A DNA stretch of 64,000 bases from Chloroflexota bacterium. GTDB lineage: Bacteria; Chloroflexota; UBA11872. Within the stretch, counting starts at the first letter, position 1; the number at the start of each line of letters is the position of its first letter. Shown here one piece after another: positions 41,698-51,062 of this stretch. The translations under genes and the position numbers were made by a program. The DNA lies in contig OZ244789.1 of assembly GCA_965219705.1 (NCBI GenBank), forward strand, positions 2,478,580-2,542,579, written 5' to 3'. Below the pieces are notes generated by a model. It did not search any database, was not told where the DNA came from, and worked only from the letters and a program-made list of their open reading frames with translations.

Positions 41698-43335
41698 ATG
41701 GTTCGATCAGCGTCTGACGACGCCCAGCCGCACGACGCGCCGACCGCCGGCGCGTACGGGCGCGGCCCACGCCGGGTGGCCAACGTCAACACGACGGACA
41801 TGCGCAGCGCGATCGATTTGGGCACGCGCGCCATGGCCCGCTGCTTCAACGCCGATGACGACGACCGCCCGTTCATGTATGGGCGGTTGTGGCCCGACGG
41901 GTGGTTTGGATTCAGCCCGTGGCACGGCGCCGTGCAGATCGCCGGACGTCACCTGGAGGCGATGCTGCGGGCGGCAGCGGTCACCGGCACACCGCCGGAC
42001 GACGACGCCATCGAGAAGCATACGCGCGCGGCGTTCTTTTCCTTCGGCGGGCCGATCCCCCTGCCGTGCAACCGACGCGAGCTGGGTGGGCAGCTGGTCG
42101 AGATTGACGAGCATGGCATTCGCGAGGGATTCCACGCGCTCAATGCGCTGGTGCGCGACCGGAACAACGACCAGGCGGCCGAGCTTGCCGAGAGCTTCAT
42201 CGCCGCGATTCAGGAATTCTGGTCGCCCGAGCGCGGCTGGGACGTGGCGTCGCTCAAACGCCGATCCGGCCTGCCCTTTTATGCGCGGCCGACGTTCGTC
42301 GAGGGTCTTGGTCGGGCCATCGGGCCGCTGGTCAAGTACTTCCGCACGACCGGATCGGACGCAGCGCTCGAGCTGGCGCAGACATTGAAGGACCACACGC
42401 TGGACAAGTTCTTCCTTGCCGACGGCTCCTATGAGACGGAACGCTTCGGGGCGCACGGACACTCCACGACCTGCGTGATGTCGGGGCTGGCGCAGCTCGC
42501 CGATCTGACCGACGACGCCGGTTTGCTCGAACGCGTCCGAACGTTCTACGACCGGGGCTTGTGGACCATCCGCGACGAGATCGGCTGGGTCATGGAGCGG
42601 AGCGACCCGGGTCGCAATCCCGATCAGGGTGAGTTGAACAACACCGGCGACGTGGTGGAGACGGCGCTGATCATGGCGCGGCACGGCTACCCGGAGTACT
42701 ACGACGACGCTGAGCAAATCCTGCGGGCGCATCTGCTGCCGTCGCAGTTCCGGGACACGTCGTTCACGGGGCCGTCGCCGGAACCCGACGACAGCGACGC
42801 CCGCCGCGACGTGGCCGATCGCGCGCTGGGAATGTTCGGCTTCTGCGCTCCGTATGCGCACCGACCGATCGGGATTCCGGAGGTCGCTCCCAGCTGGGAC
42901 ATCGTTGCGGGCACGACGGGGTCGCTCTGCGAGGCGTTCGTGGACGCCGTGCTTCGCGACGGCGACGTCACGCGCGTGAACCTGTGGTTTGATCGAGAAA
43001 CGCCGGATGCACGCGTGGAGTCCAGCTATTCCGACGGAGTGCTGCGAGTCACGCCGCTGCGTGGTGGAGCAATCGCGGTGCGGATCCCGGACTGGCTGAG
43101 CCCAGGCGACATTCGCGTCGAGCCGAACGGGTTGGAACAGCGTTTCGCGGGCGGGTATCTGGAGTTCACGAACCCGACGCCGAATCAGGCCATCACGCTG
43201 CACGCAAAGCTGCCCACTCGTGAGCTGGTGCTGAAACACCGCACTCGCGACATCCGGGTGCGGATGCGGGGCGCCGCGGTTGAGGCCATGGACAGCTTTG
43301 GCACGGACTTCACCTACTTCGACCCCCTCGACTGA
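41698..43335 (+). CDS. conserved hypothetical protein (545 aa), no signal peptide, no motif recognisable by eye
   Basis: GGGGAGGG lies 5 nt upstream of the ATG. GC3 is high on the plus strand. The antisense ORF 41707..43443 was rejected as Arg/Ala-rich. Confidence 0.7.
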   Translation: MVRSASDDAQPHDAPTAGAYGRGPRRVANVNTTDMRSAIDLGTRAMARCFNADDDDRPFMYGRLWPDGWFGFSPWHGAVQIAGRHLEAMLRAAAVTGTPPDDDAIEKHTRAAFFSFGGPIPLPCNRRELGGQLVEIDEHGIREGFHALNALVRDRNNDQAAELAESFIAAIQEFWSPERGWDVASLKRRSGLPFYARPTFVEGLGRAIGPLVKYFRTTGSDAALELAQTLKDHTLDKFFLADGSYETERFGAHGHSTTCVMSGLAQLADLTDDAGLLERVRTFYDRGLWTIRDEIGWVMERSDPGRNPDQGELNNTGDVVETALIMARHGYPEYYDDAEQILRAHLLPSQFRDTSFTGPSPEPDDSDARRDVADRALGMFGFCAPYAHRPIGIPEVAPSWDIVAGTTGSLCEAFVDAVLRDGDVTRVNLWFDRETPDARVESSYSDGVLRVTPLRGGAIAVRIPDWLSPGDIRVEPNGLEQRFAGGYLEFTNPTPNQAITLHAKLPTRELVLKHRTRDIRVRMRGAAVEAMDSFGTDFTYFDPLD

Positions 43336-43343
43336 TTTGGAAT

Positions 43344-43368
43344 GGGCAACCACGAGGGTTGTCCCTAC
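43344..43368. repeat. REP module GGGCAACCACGAGGGTTGTCCCTAC
   Basis: The same module occurs at 13331-13357. Confidence 0.7.
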
Positions 43369-43441
43369 AAGACGGCCGCTACTGACGGCCCGGTGTAGGA
43401 TCGGTGTCACGCGGCACACGCGCGCGGGATGCGAGCAAGCC

Positions 43442-43789
43442 ATGAACGTGCGAGCGATTGACTTCGTTCAGATCCAGGTGCGCGACATGGACCGCGCGCT
43501 GGGCTTCTACCGCGATGCCCTCGGCATGCCGGTCGGCGAGGCGTGGGGCAACGAATGGGTAGAGGTGGCGGCCGGCGGGACGACGCTGGCGCTGTCGCCG
43601 GAAGTCGAGGGCGTGGGCATCGCGCTGTCCGTCGATAGCGTGAGCGATGCCGTCGAGGAGCTGAAGGCAAAGGGGATCGAGGTGGTCTCGGGTCCCCACG
43701 GCAACGAATGGTGCGCCAGCGCCGCAATCAAGGACCCCGACGGCAACCTGGTGCTGCTGCATCAGCGTCACGACGGCACGGTCGGGTGA
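43442..43789 (+). CDS. VOC (glyoxalase/bleomycin resistance/dioxygenase) family protein
   Basis: The sequence MNVRAIDFVQIQVRDMDRALGFYRDALGM... is present. The protein is 115 aa. Confidence 0.8.
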   Translation: MNVRAIDFVQIQVRDMDRALGFYRDALGMPVGEAWGNEWVEVAAGGTTLALSPEVEGVGIALSVDSVSDAVEELKAKGIEVVSGPHGNEWCASAAIKDPDGNLVLLHQRHDGTVG

Positions 43790-44275
43790 TCGGCGCTACC
43801 CGGCTAAGGCTTGCGCGGGCGGTCGCGAGGATTCGCGTTGCGAGCACGGGCGATGCCGGGCCGAGACGGTTCCACGTTTCGACGGTGGGCGGCCAGGCGG
43901 AGTTCAGGAAAACTCCCGGCGTGAGGCGCTACAAGGCCGCCGGAGTGATCCGTCGGTACCAACCCGCGGCCACGGCGCCGGCATCCGCAACGCCTGCCAA
44001 CCCGGTGCTGAAGGCGGTACGCATGACCGCAGCCGGGATTCGATGGATAGGCCGCGGCACGGTTGTGGCCGGCAGGATCACCCTGCGCTTGCTCCTGGAC
44101 GAGTCGGCGACCTCATCCCGTAGTCAGCGCGCGATGACCGAGGCGTCGATGAAGCACGACATGCCAATGCACCTGCTGCCCGGCTTCGGGCCGCGGGATC
44201 TCAACTAGCGGCGCTAGAGCACCTCTAAACTAGCAAGGAGGCCTTGGCGTCCTTGTGCCCCAATCCGTGCGGTAG

Positions 44276-44303
44276 CCCCTTCGACAAGCTCAGGGCGAAC
44301 GGA
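44276..44303. repeat. REP module CCCCTTCGACAAGCTCAGGGCGAACGG
   Basis: Other copies lie at 13451-13477 and 10250-10330. Confidence 0.65.
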
Positions 44304-44643
44304 TTGAGGCAGCGGCCATCGACTTATTCAGACCATCCCGAGGTGCGCGGCCGGTCCGCCGCGGCTATTTTGTGGTGACCAATGCTCGCTGAAGCCCGCC
44401 GCGGTGAGCTGGAGCGGATCGCGTCGCGGCCGTCCATCGACGACTGGCCGCACGAGGTGCGCCGCCGCAAGGCAGCCGCTGGAACGCGCGTCCCGCGGTC
44501 CACCATCCTGCGTGCCCGTGACGCCGACCGGAGGTGACGGTCGTCGTCGACGCGTCCGTCCTTGGCCGTGACATGGGAGCGTCGAGCGCAGCGAGGAATC
44601 TCCGACACTCCAGCACCGGCCGGGCCGTTGTTCCAGACCGCCG

Positions 44644-45483
44644 CTATGCCACGAAGCGGTCGGCCCAGCGCATGAGGTCGTCGGCCACGTCCTCCCAACC
44701 CGGTTCGAGCTGCAGCATGTGCGCGCGGCCGGGATAGATCGTCGGCAGGACGCGATAGCGCGCCCCCAGGCGCCGGGCCACCCACGGCGTCACGCCCAGG
44801 TCGTCTGAACCCGACGCGACGAGGACCGGACTGCGAATGGCCGAGCGCGGAACGTGCGGCGGCCAGAACGCGAGCTGGCGCACGAATCGCCGCGGTTCGG
44901 GGACCAGGTTCTCGCTCAGCGCCGCGGCCTCCGTTGCCTCCAACCTATTGAAGTACATGCGCCGCATGTAGGCGGCCTCGGGCCGCAGCGGGTCGCGGCG
45001 GAGCGGATGTCCGGCGAACTTGGGCAGCGCCCGAAGCGTATGCCAGCCCCGATGCAGGGTGAGGATGCCGAGCGGCGCGGTGCTGGATAGGAGCACCACT
45101 CCGGGCGCCTCCCAGGTTGACGCCGCAACCTGCGCGACGAGGCCGCCGACGCTGTGCCCAACGAGAATTGGTCCGCCGATCTCGCGCGCCGCCTCGACCA
45201 CGTCAGCTGCGATTTCCCGGACGCCCACGCCGTGGAGCGATCGATGGTCGGCGCCCGGGTGGTGATGCCGCAGCCACACGGCGTACGCGGCGTAGCCATG
45301 CGCCGCGAGATACGGTCCCATGCGCCGCCACATGTGCGCGCCGCCCCACAGACCGTGGATCAGGATGAACCTCGAGGGCGCACGGATGTCTTGCGGGAGC
45401 CATCGCAACGCCCGCAGTGGTCCAACTCGGACCACTTCCTCTCCCTGCGTTGGCTGAAAGAGGTCCGGCGCGCCGGCGGTCAA
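44644..45483 (-). CDS. alpha/beta hydrolase
   Basis: The GHSVGG nucleophile elbow is present. The gene is coupled 4 nt downstream of ltaE. Confidence 0.8.
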   Translation of the reverse strand: MTAGAPDLFQPTQGEEVVRVGPLRALRWLPQDIRAPSRFILIHGLWGGAHMWRRMGPYLAAHGYAAYAVWLRHHHPGADHRSLHGVGVREIAADVVEAAREIGGPILVGHSVGGLVAQVAASTWEAPGVVLLSSTAPLGILTLHRGWHTLRALPKFAGHPLRRDPLRPEAAYMRRMYFNRLEATEAAALSENLVPEPRRFVRQLAFWPPHVPRSAIRSPVLVASGSDDLGVTPWVARRLGARYRVLPTIYPGRAHMLQLEPGWEDVADDLMRWADRFVA

Positions 45484-46547
45484 CCGATGGCGCCGGCTGG
45501 GGCGTGCAACGAGGCGGCCTCGGCCGCGTCGCGCAGGATCTCTCCGGCTTCCTCGATGTCCTGAGCGTCGACCTGGTGGTGCGTCACGAATCGAAGTCGA
45601 TGCCCGGGCCGCACGTCCGCCACTCCCACGCCCTGAGCCCGCGCCGCGGCCACGAATCGCTGGTGATCGATCAGGGTTGGATCGACCCGCACGAACACCA
45701 TGTTGGTCGCCGCCGGGTAGATCAGGTCCAACCCGGTGATGGCGCCCAGCAGCTCCCCGAGCCGGCGGGCGTTAGCGTGATCGGCGGCCAGGCGGGCCGG
45801 TCCGTCGCGCAGCGCGATGAGGCCGGCCGCGGCCATCACGCCGCCCTGCCGCATGGCTCCGCCCAGCATTTTCTTGTACCGCGCCACGCGCTCGATAATC
45901 TCGCCGGATCCCACAACGATGGAGCCGAACGGCGCCCCGAGTCCCTTGGACAGGCAGAACTGCACGGTATCGGCCCCCGCCGTCAGCTCCCGCACCGAGA
46001 CGCCCTGGTCGACGGCGGCATCGAAAATGCGGGCGCCATCCACGTGGACGCGCATGCCCCGTTCGGCGGCGAACTCAACGATCCCCTGCATCACCTCCGG
46101 GCCCCAGGACACGCCCCCGCGCACGTTGTGGGTGTTCTCGGTCCAGATGAGCGCGGGGCGGGCGGGCGGGATGGTCGAGGATTCGAGCCGCTCGCGCACG
46201 AGGTCTGCGTCGAGCACGCCGTCAGTCTCGACGGTCAACAGCGTGCATCCCGCGACCACGGCATAGTTGCCGTTCTCGCCCACCATGTGGCACAGCCCGT
46301 CCACGATCACGGTGTCGCCGCGCTCGGTGGACGCCAGCATGCTGGTCAGATTTCCCATCGTGCCGCTCGGCACGAAGAGCGCGGCCTCGCGGCCGAACAT
46401 CTCGGCCGCCGTGCGCTCGAGTTCGAGCACGGTCGGGTCTTCGCCCCACTGCTCATCGCCGACATCGGCCTTAGCCATGGCCTCGCGCATGTCGGCGGTG
46501 GGAACGGTCTGGGTGTCGCTGCGGAGTTCGATGCGGTAGGGGGCCAC
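45480..46547 (-). CDS. ltaE: low-specificity L-threonine aldolase
   Basis: The start is GTG at 46547 with GGAAGGAG 8 nt upstream, giving (M)APYRIELRSDTQTVPTADMREAMAKADVGDEQWGEDPTV. The N-terminus of ORF 45480..46988 lies upstream of this start and was rejected. Confidence 0.85.
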   Translation of the reverse strand: MAPYRIELRSDTQTVPTADMREAMAKADVGDEQWGEDPTVLELERTAAEMFGREAALFVPSGTMGNLTSMLASTERGDTVIVDGLCHMVGENGNYAVVAGCTLLTVETDGVLDADLVRERLESSTIPPARPALIWTENTHNVRGGVSWGPEVMQGIVEFAAERGMRVHVDGARIFDAAVDQGVSVRELTAGADTVQFCLSKGLGAPFGSIVVGSGEIIERVARYKKMLGGAMRQGGVMAAAGLIALRDGPARLAADHANARRLGELLGAITGLDLIYPAATNMVFVRVDPTLIDHQRFVAAARAQGVGVADVRPGHRLRFVTHHQVDAQDIEEAGEILRDAAEAASLHAPAGAIG

Positions 46548-46661
46548 AGGCAGGACTCCTTCCGTCGGGCGTGCGATTGTAGGCCGTTCACCCGCGTTCG
46601 CGGCCGTGCGCGCGCAGCGGCGGTTTCGCCGACCGCCCTTGCCAACGGCCTGCCCGGTGCA

Positions 46662-46690
46662 TTGACCCTCCGCAGCGGTGCGCCTACTAT
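46662..46690 (+). promoter_or_regulatory. sigma70-like promoter (TTGACC-N17-TACTAT) of the SRP RNA
   Basis: The -35 is at 46662-67 and the -10 at 46685-90. The predicted TSS is near 46697. Confidence 0.5.
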
Positions 46691-46696
46691 CCAGGT

Positions 46697-46966
46697 GAGG
46701 CCGCGCTAGGTGGGGAGCTAGCGGTGCCCTGGAACCGCAATCCGCTACAGCGGGCCGAATGCCTGCCCGAGGGCTTCCACTGTCGTGTCTGTCGCCACTG
46801 TTCGGTGTTGACGGCTGGGCCTCGTGCGACGAAGACCTCCTAACCCCGTCAGGTCCGAGAGGAAGCAGCGGTACGGAGTCATCTTTGGGCGCCGCGGGAT
46901 CACCTGGCTCGAGCCGGCGGTGTCGGTAAGGCGGCGGCCGGTGCTCGACGGCAGGGCGCGGCCTCG
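46697..46966 (+). ncRNA. ffs: signal recognition particle RNA (long, Bacillus-type, ~270 nt), upstream of dnaX
   Basis: The domain IV motif GTCAGGTCCGAGAGGAAGCAGC lies at 46848-46869. The terminal helix is 5' GGCCGCGC (46702-09) paired with 3' GCGCGGCC (46957-64), and an inner helix pairs GAGCUAG with CUGGCUC. The synteny ffs-dnaX-ybaB-recR is classic. Boundaries are approximate. Confidence 0.65.
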
Positions 46967-46998
46967 TCTTCAGCCAATTCCGTGACACGACGAAGCCT

Positions 46999-48579
46999 AT
47001 GACCGCGTCGCCCCCGCCCGCTTTTCAAGCGCTCTACAACCGCTACCGGCCGCAGCGGTTCGGCCAGCTCGTGGGCCAGCCGCACGTGGTTCGCATTCTG
47101 CAGAACGCCCTGGCGCACAACCGGCTGAGCCACGCGTACCTCTTCTCGGGCGAGCGCGGCACGGGCAAGACCACTGTCGCGCGCTTGCTGGCGAAAGCCG
47201 TCAACTGTCGCGAGGGCGTGCAGCCCGAACCCTGCGCCGCCTGTGACCACTGCCGCGCCATTGCCGCCGGCACGTTCGTCGACCTGGTGGAGATGGACGC
47301 GGCCTCCCACAGCAGCGTCGACGACGTGCGGTTGCTTCGCGAGCAAACGCAGTTCGCGCCCGCGGGCGGGCGCTACAAGGTCTACATCATCGACGAGATC
47401 CACCAGCTCTCGGCCTCGGCGAAGGACGCCCTGCTCAAGACGCTGGAAGAGCCGCCGGCGCGCACCCTGTTCGTGCTGGCCACCACCGAGCCGCACCGGG
47501 TGCCCCTCACCATCCGTTCCCGCTGTCAGCACTTGACGTTTCGGCGCATCGGCACCGTGGAGCTCATCGATCAGCTCCGCAGCGTGGCCGAAGCCGAGGG
47601 AACGTCGGTCGATGAACTCGCCCTTGCCGCGCTTGCTCGCAGCGCCGCCGGCAGCCTGCGCGACGCGATCTCCCTGCTGGATCAGGCGCTCGCCTTTGCC
47701 GAGGGTTCCGTGACGTTGGACGACGTGAACGGCATGCTCGGGCTGACGGGTCGGGCGGCGGTCGTCGCGCTTGTGGAGGCCATTGCGGACGGCGACGCGG
47801 CCGCCGGACTCAGCGCCATCGAGCAGGCGATGGCCGACGGCAATAGTCCAGGCACGCTCCGCGCCCAGGTCGTCGATCTGCTGCGCGACGTGCTGCTGGT
47901 AAGCGCCGGGGCGGCGGACGCCAGTCACGTGCGGGACGATCCGGAAATTGCGGCGCTCGCGCGCCGCACCGCCATCGGCCAGGTCGTGCAGGCGCTCGAA
48001 GTGCTCGCCGAACCCGATCCACCCTCGCGGGAGGTGGGCGATCCCATCCTCGATCTTGAATTGGCGTTCGCCCGCGCCCTGCTGCGGGTGCACGGCGACG
48101 CCGTGTCGACCGGAAGGCCGCGGACGGCGCCGCCAGCCGGAAATGCCTCCCCGGCCCCGCAGGCTGCGCCGCGGGAAGCCGCCCCGGTTCCGCGAAGCTC
48201 GGATGAGTTGACCATCGAGGCGATCCAGGCGCGGTCGTCGGAGTGGATCGAGGTGGTCCGTGAGGCCTCGCGCATGCTGGCGCCCTATGCCGAGCAGGGC
48301 GAGGTGCTGGCGCTCACCGATGACGTGGTCACCATGGGCTATCGCAGCCAGCTCCTGTTCGAGCATATGGAGCAGCCTCAGGCCCAACAGCTCATGGCGC
48401 AGGCGCTCTCGCGGACGTTTGGCGCCGCGCTGCGCGTGCGCAATCAGCTCCAACGTCAGGCGGCGCCCACGCGCCGGGGGTCGCTTGGGCCGTCAGCCAG
48501 CGACGATCCTGTCGTGCGTGTCGCGATAAGAGACTATGGGGCTCAGCCGATTGACGACGAGCGCCCCAAAGGAGCCTAG
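46999..48579 (+). CDS. dnaX: DNA polymerase III subunits gamma/tau
   Basis: GERGTGKTT, the Zn module CxxCxxC and box motifs are present. Confidence 0.9.
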   Translation: MTASPPPAFQALYNRYRPQRFGQLVGQPHVVRILQNALAHNRLSHAYLFSGERGTGKTTVARLLAKAVNCREGVQPEPCAACDHCRAIAAGTFVDLVEMDAASHSSVDDVRLLREQTQFAPAGGRYKVYIIDEIHQLSASAKDALLKTLEEPPARTLFVLATTEPHRVPLTIRSRCQHLTFRRIGTVELIDQLRSVAEAEGTSVDELALAALARSAAGSLRDAISLLDQALAFAEGSVTLDDVNGMLGLTGRAAVVALVEAIADGDAAAGLSAIEQAMADGNSPGTLRAQVVDLLRDVLLVSAGAADASHVRDDPEIAALARRTAIGQVVQALEVLAEPDPPSREVGDPILDLELAFARALLRVHGDAVSTGRPRTAPPAGNASPAPQAAPREAAPVPRSSDELTIEAIQARSSEWIEVVREASRMLAPYAEQGEVLALTDDVVTMGYRSQLLFEHMEQPQAQQLMAQALSRTFGAALRVRNQLQRQAAPTRRGSLGPSASDDPVVRVAIRDYGAQPIDDERPKGA

Positions 48580-48582
48580 CCA

Positions 48583-48879
48583 GTGTCCATGAAGATGATG
48601 CGGCAGTTGCAGCGGCAGATGGAGAAGGCCCAAGAAGAGTTGCGCGCCGCCACGCTGGAAGTCACATCCGGCGGCGGCGCGATCAAGGTTGTGATCACCG
48701 GCGACCAGCACATCGAATCGATCGCCATCGATCCGGCGGCCATCGATCCCGACGATCCCGAGCTGCTCGAAGACCTGGTGACAGCCGCTGTCAATGAGGC
48801 CATTGACCAGTCGCAGGACCTGGCCAAGCGCAAGTTGGGCGGATTGACCGGCGGGCTCAATATCCCTGGGCTTACCTAG
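48583..48879 (+). CDS. ybaB: nucleoid-associated protein YbaB/EbfC
   Basis: The sequence MKMMRQLQRQMEKAQEEL... is present. Confidence 0.9.
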   Translation: MSMKMMRQLQRQMEKAQEELRAATLEVTSGGGAIKVVITGDQHIESIAIDPAAIDPDDPELLEDLVTAAVNEAIDQSQDLAKRKLGGLTGGLNIPGLT

Positions 48880-48882
48880 GGC

Positions 48883-49509
48883 GTGCCCGATCCGGTTCCA
48901 CGACCGATCACGCGCCTGATCGAGGAATTCAGCCGTCTGCCGACCATCGGGCCGAAGACGGCGCAGCGTCTCGCCTTCTTCCTGCTGCGGGCCCCGGCGG
49001 CGCAGGTGGCGGCCCTGGGAGCCGCGGTCACCGGCTTGCGCGAGCACGTCGTCACCTGCTCGCGGTGTGGGAACTACGCCGACCAAGACCCCTGCTCGAT
49101 TTGCCGTGATCCCGCGCGCGATCAGCAGCTGCTGTGCGTGGTCGAGGACCCGCTGGATCTGCTCGCGATCGAGCGGTCGGGCGGGTTCAACGGCATCTAT
49201 CACGTGCTCCACGGGGTCATTGCCCCGCTGGACGGTGTGGGACCCGACGAGCTCAATCTGTCCGCGCTGGTCGCGCGCGTGCGGAGCGAAGGACTTCGTG
49301 AATTGATCGTCGCGACGAACGCCAGCATCGAGGGTGATGCCACCGCGGCTTACATCAGCAGCATGCTGGAGACGGGTGCTGTGTTGGTCACGCGGCTCGC
49401 GCGCGGCCTTGCGCGCGGCGGCGACATCGAATACGTCGATGCCGCCACCATTGCCATGGCGCTCGAAGGCCGCAGCCGCGTCGCCGACGATTGGCCCAAT
49501 GGCGCCTGA
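48883..49509 (+). CDS. recR: recombination protein RecR
   Basis: A C4 zinc finger CSRCGNYADQDPCSIC and a Toprim domain are present. Confidence 0.9.
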   Translation: MPDPVPRPITRLIEEFSRLPTIGPKTAQRLAFFLLRAPAAQVAALGAAVTGLREHVVTCSRCGNYADQDPCSICRDPARDQQLLCVVEDPLDLLAIERSGGFNGIYHVLHGVIAPLDGVGPDELNLSALVARVRSEGLRELIVATNASIEGDATAAYISSMLETGAVLVTRLARGLARGGDIEYVDAATIAMALEGRSRVADDWPNGA

Positions 49510-50209
49510 GTCGGCAGCCATTCTCCGTTGGCTGGGACACGCGTGCTTTCTCTTGCGGAGCCCCATGGGCGTCCACGTGCTGGTCGATCCGCTCAACGAC
49601 GTCCTGGGCTATCCCGCGCCGGCGTTGCCGGACATCGATCTGGTGCTCGTCAGCCATGAGCACGCCGATCATGCAAATGTGCAGCTGGCGCCTGGGCGCC
49701 CCAAAGTCGTCCGCGGAGTGAGCGCCGATGTGTGGCACGCCGGTGAGGTTCGATGCGGCGACGTGACCGTGACGGTGATCGCCGGCGGCTATCACGATGA
49801 CGTGCAAGGGGCCGCCCGTGGTCGCACGGCGCTGCTCTCGGTGACCCTTGGCGGCGTCCGCGTCTTGCACCTCGGGGACCTCGGCCATGTGCTGGACGCG
49901 AATCTCATTGCGCAGACCAGAGGCCACGACGTCGTCTGCGTTCCCGTCGGAGGCCACTTCACGCTCGATGGCGCCGGGGCCGCGGAGGTCATCGATCAGA
50001 TCGCTCCACGCGCCGCCATTCCCATGCACTACCGCCCGGCGGAGCGCGAGATGCCCCTGCCAATCGCCACATTGGAGCACAGCGGCTTCTTGACCGGGCG
50101 CACGGTTCGAAGGGTGGCGTCGTCCCAACTCGACCTCGCGCCCGACCTTCTGCCGGACGCGCTTGAAGTTATGGTCCTGGAGCCGCCGGTTCTTCCAGCG
50201 CCCGCGTGA
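49499..50209 (+). CDS. MBL-fold metallo-hydrolase
   Basis: The start MAPESAAILRW overlaps the recR end by 11 nt. The HxHxDH motif HEHADH is present. Confidence 0.8.
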   Translation: MAPESAAILRWLGHACFLLRSPMGVHVLVDPLNDVLGYPAPALPDIDLVLVSHEHADHANVQLAPGRPKVVRGVSADVWHAGEVRCGDVTVTVIAGGYHDDVQGAARGRTALLSVTLGGVRVLHLGDLGHVLDANLIAQTRGHDVVCVPVGGHFTLDGAGAAEVIDQIAPRAAIPMHYRPAEREMPLPIATLEHSGFLTGRTVRRVASSQLDLAPDLLPDALEVMVLEPPVLPAPA

Positions 50210-51062
50210 ACAAGCCGGTGACGCGGGCGTCGTAGACCTCGGGCGGCACGAATTCCGCCACCACGTGGCCTGCGCCCGGAACGCGCCAGAGTTCCTTGGG
50301 GTCGCCGGCGCGCGCGAAGAGGGCTTCGGCATCGTGCGGGGAGACCAGTGGATCATCCGTGCCGTGCGCAAGCAGCACCGGCCGCGGACTCAGGCTGGCG
50401 ATGGACTCGATCACCGCGAGATCGCGCATTCGCGCAGCGGTCAGGCGCTCGACGAGCCACGTCACCCCCCGCTTGAACGGCCACGGCGGCAGGCCGGTGA
50501 AGGACTTGAAGCCCCAGGCGGTGGCGCTCTCCAGGGATGCGTACGCCGCGTCGCTGAAGATCGCTCGAATCCTGGTGTCACTCGCCGCCACGGTAATCGA
50601 GACCGCGGCGCCCATGGAGTTGGCGAGAATGAAGATGGGGGCGCCGTTCAGCGACGAGTCCGTGGCCGCCATGTCCACGGTTGCGCGCAAGTCGAGCATT
50701 TCATGCACGCCGGCGCTGCACATGTCGCCCGCCGACTCACCGCAGGCGCGGAAATCGAACAGCACCACGGAGTAGCCCGCGCGATGCAAGCGTCCGGCCC
50801 GCCACTCCATTTCGGTGTGGTTGGTGCCCCAACCATGCACGCAGATCACCGTGGCCGGGGCGTCGGCGCGCGGCGCCACCCAGGCGCGCAGCCGCACGCC
50901 ATCGTCGGCCTCGACCGTGACGCTGCGCAGTGGAAGATCGGACGGCTGCCAGTCGTGGGGGCGCCAGCCACGCGGCGGATGCGTCAGGCGCCAGGCCGTG
51001 TGGGCCGTCACCATCGCCCAGAGCAGCGCCACTCCGCCGAGAATCAGCCCGATCAGGTGCAT
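50169..51062 (-). CDS. membrane-anchored alpha/beta hydrolase (last gene of the trp operon)
   Basis: The start [18 protein letters not shown] (M42 of the ORF) overlaps trpA by 10 nt. HGWGTN and the AxSxG elbow ANSMGA are present. Confidence 0.75.
   Translation of the reverse strand: MHLIGLILGGVALLWAMVTAHTAWRLTHPPRGWRPHDWQPSDLPLRSVTVEADDGVRLRAWVAPRADAPATVICVHGWGTNHTEMEWRAGRLHRAGYSVVLFDFRACGESAGDMCSAGVHEMLDLRATVDMAATDSSLNGAPIFILANSMGAAVSITVAASDTRIRAIFSDAAYASLESATAWGFKSFTGLPPWPFKRGVTWLVERLTAARMRDLAVIESIASLSPRPVLLAHGTDDPLVSPHDAEALFARAGDPKELWRVPGAGHVVAEFVPPEVYDARVTGLFTRALEEPAAPGP

Noticed and set aside
41707-43443. A 578-aa minus-strand ORF opposite the 545-aa gene
   Set aside because: The plus-strand gene has a strong RBS (GGGGAGGG), high GC3 and a protein-like composition. 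The minus ORF is Arg/Val/Ala-rich.
43708-44208. A 166-aa plus-strand ORF in the gene-poor segment
   Set aside because: It is extremely Arg-rich with low complexity, no RBS and no homology recognisable.
43790-44640. tRNA, tmRNA or RNase P RNA in the gene-poor region
   Set aside because: I searched for T-loop GGTTCGA[AT]TCC, the tmRNA tag frame and the RNase P P4 motif AGGAAAGTCCGGGC. None was found.
45417-46709. A 430-aa plus-strand ORF
   Set aside because: It is antisense to ltaE.
46548-46988. N-terminal 147 aa of ORF 45480..46988
   Set aside because: There is no homology before the IELRSDTQ threonine-aldolase N-terminus. A GTG with GGAAGGAG RBS lies at 46547. The region instead holds the SRP RNA on the opposite strand.
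46900-48453. A 517-aa minus-strand ORF
   Set aside because: It is antisense to dnaX.
48493-49596. A 367-aa minus-strand ORF
   Set aside because: It is antisense to ybaB-recR.
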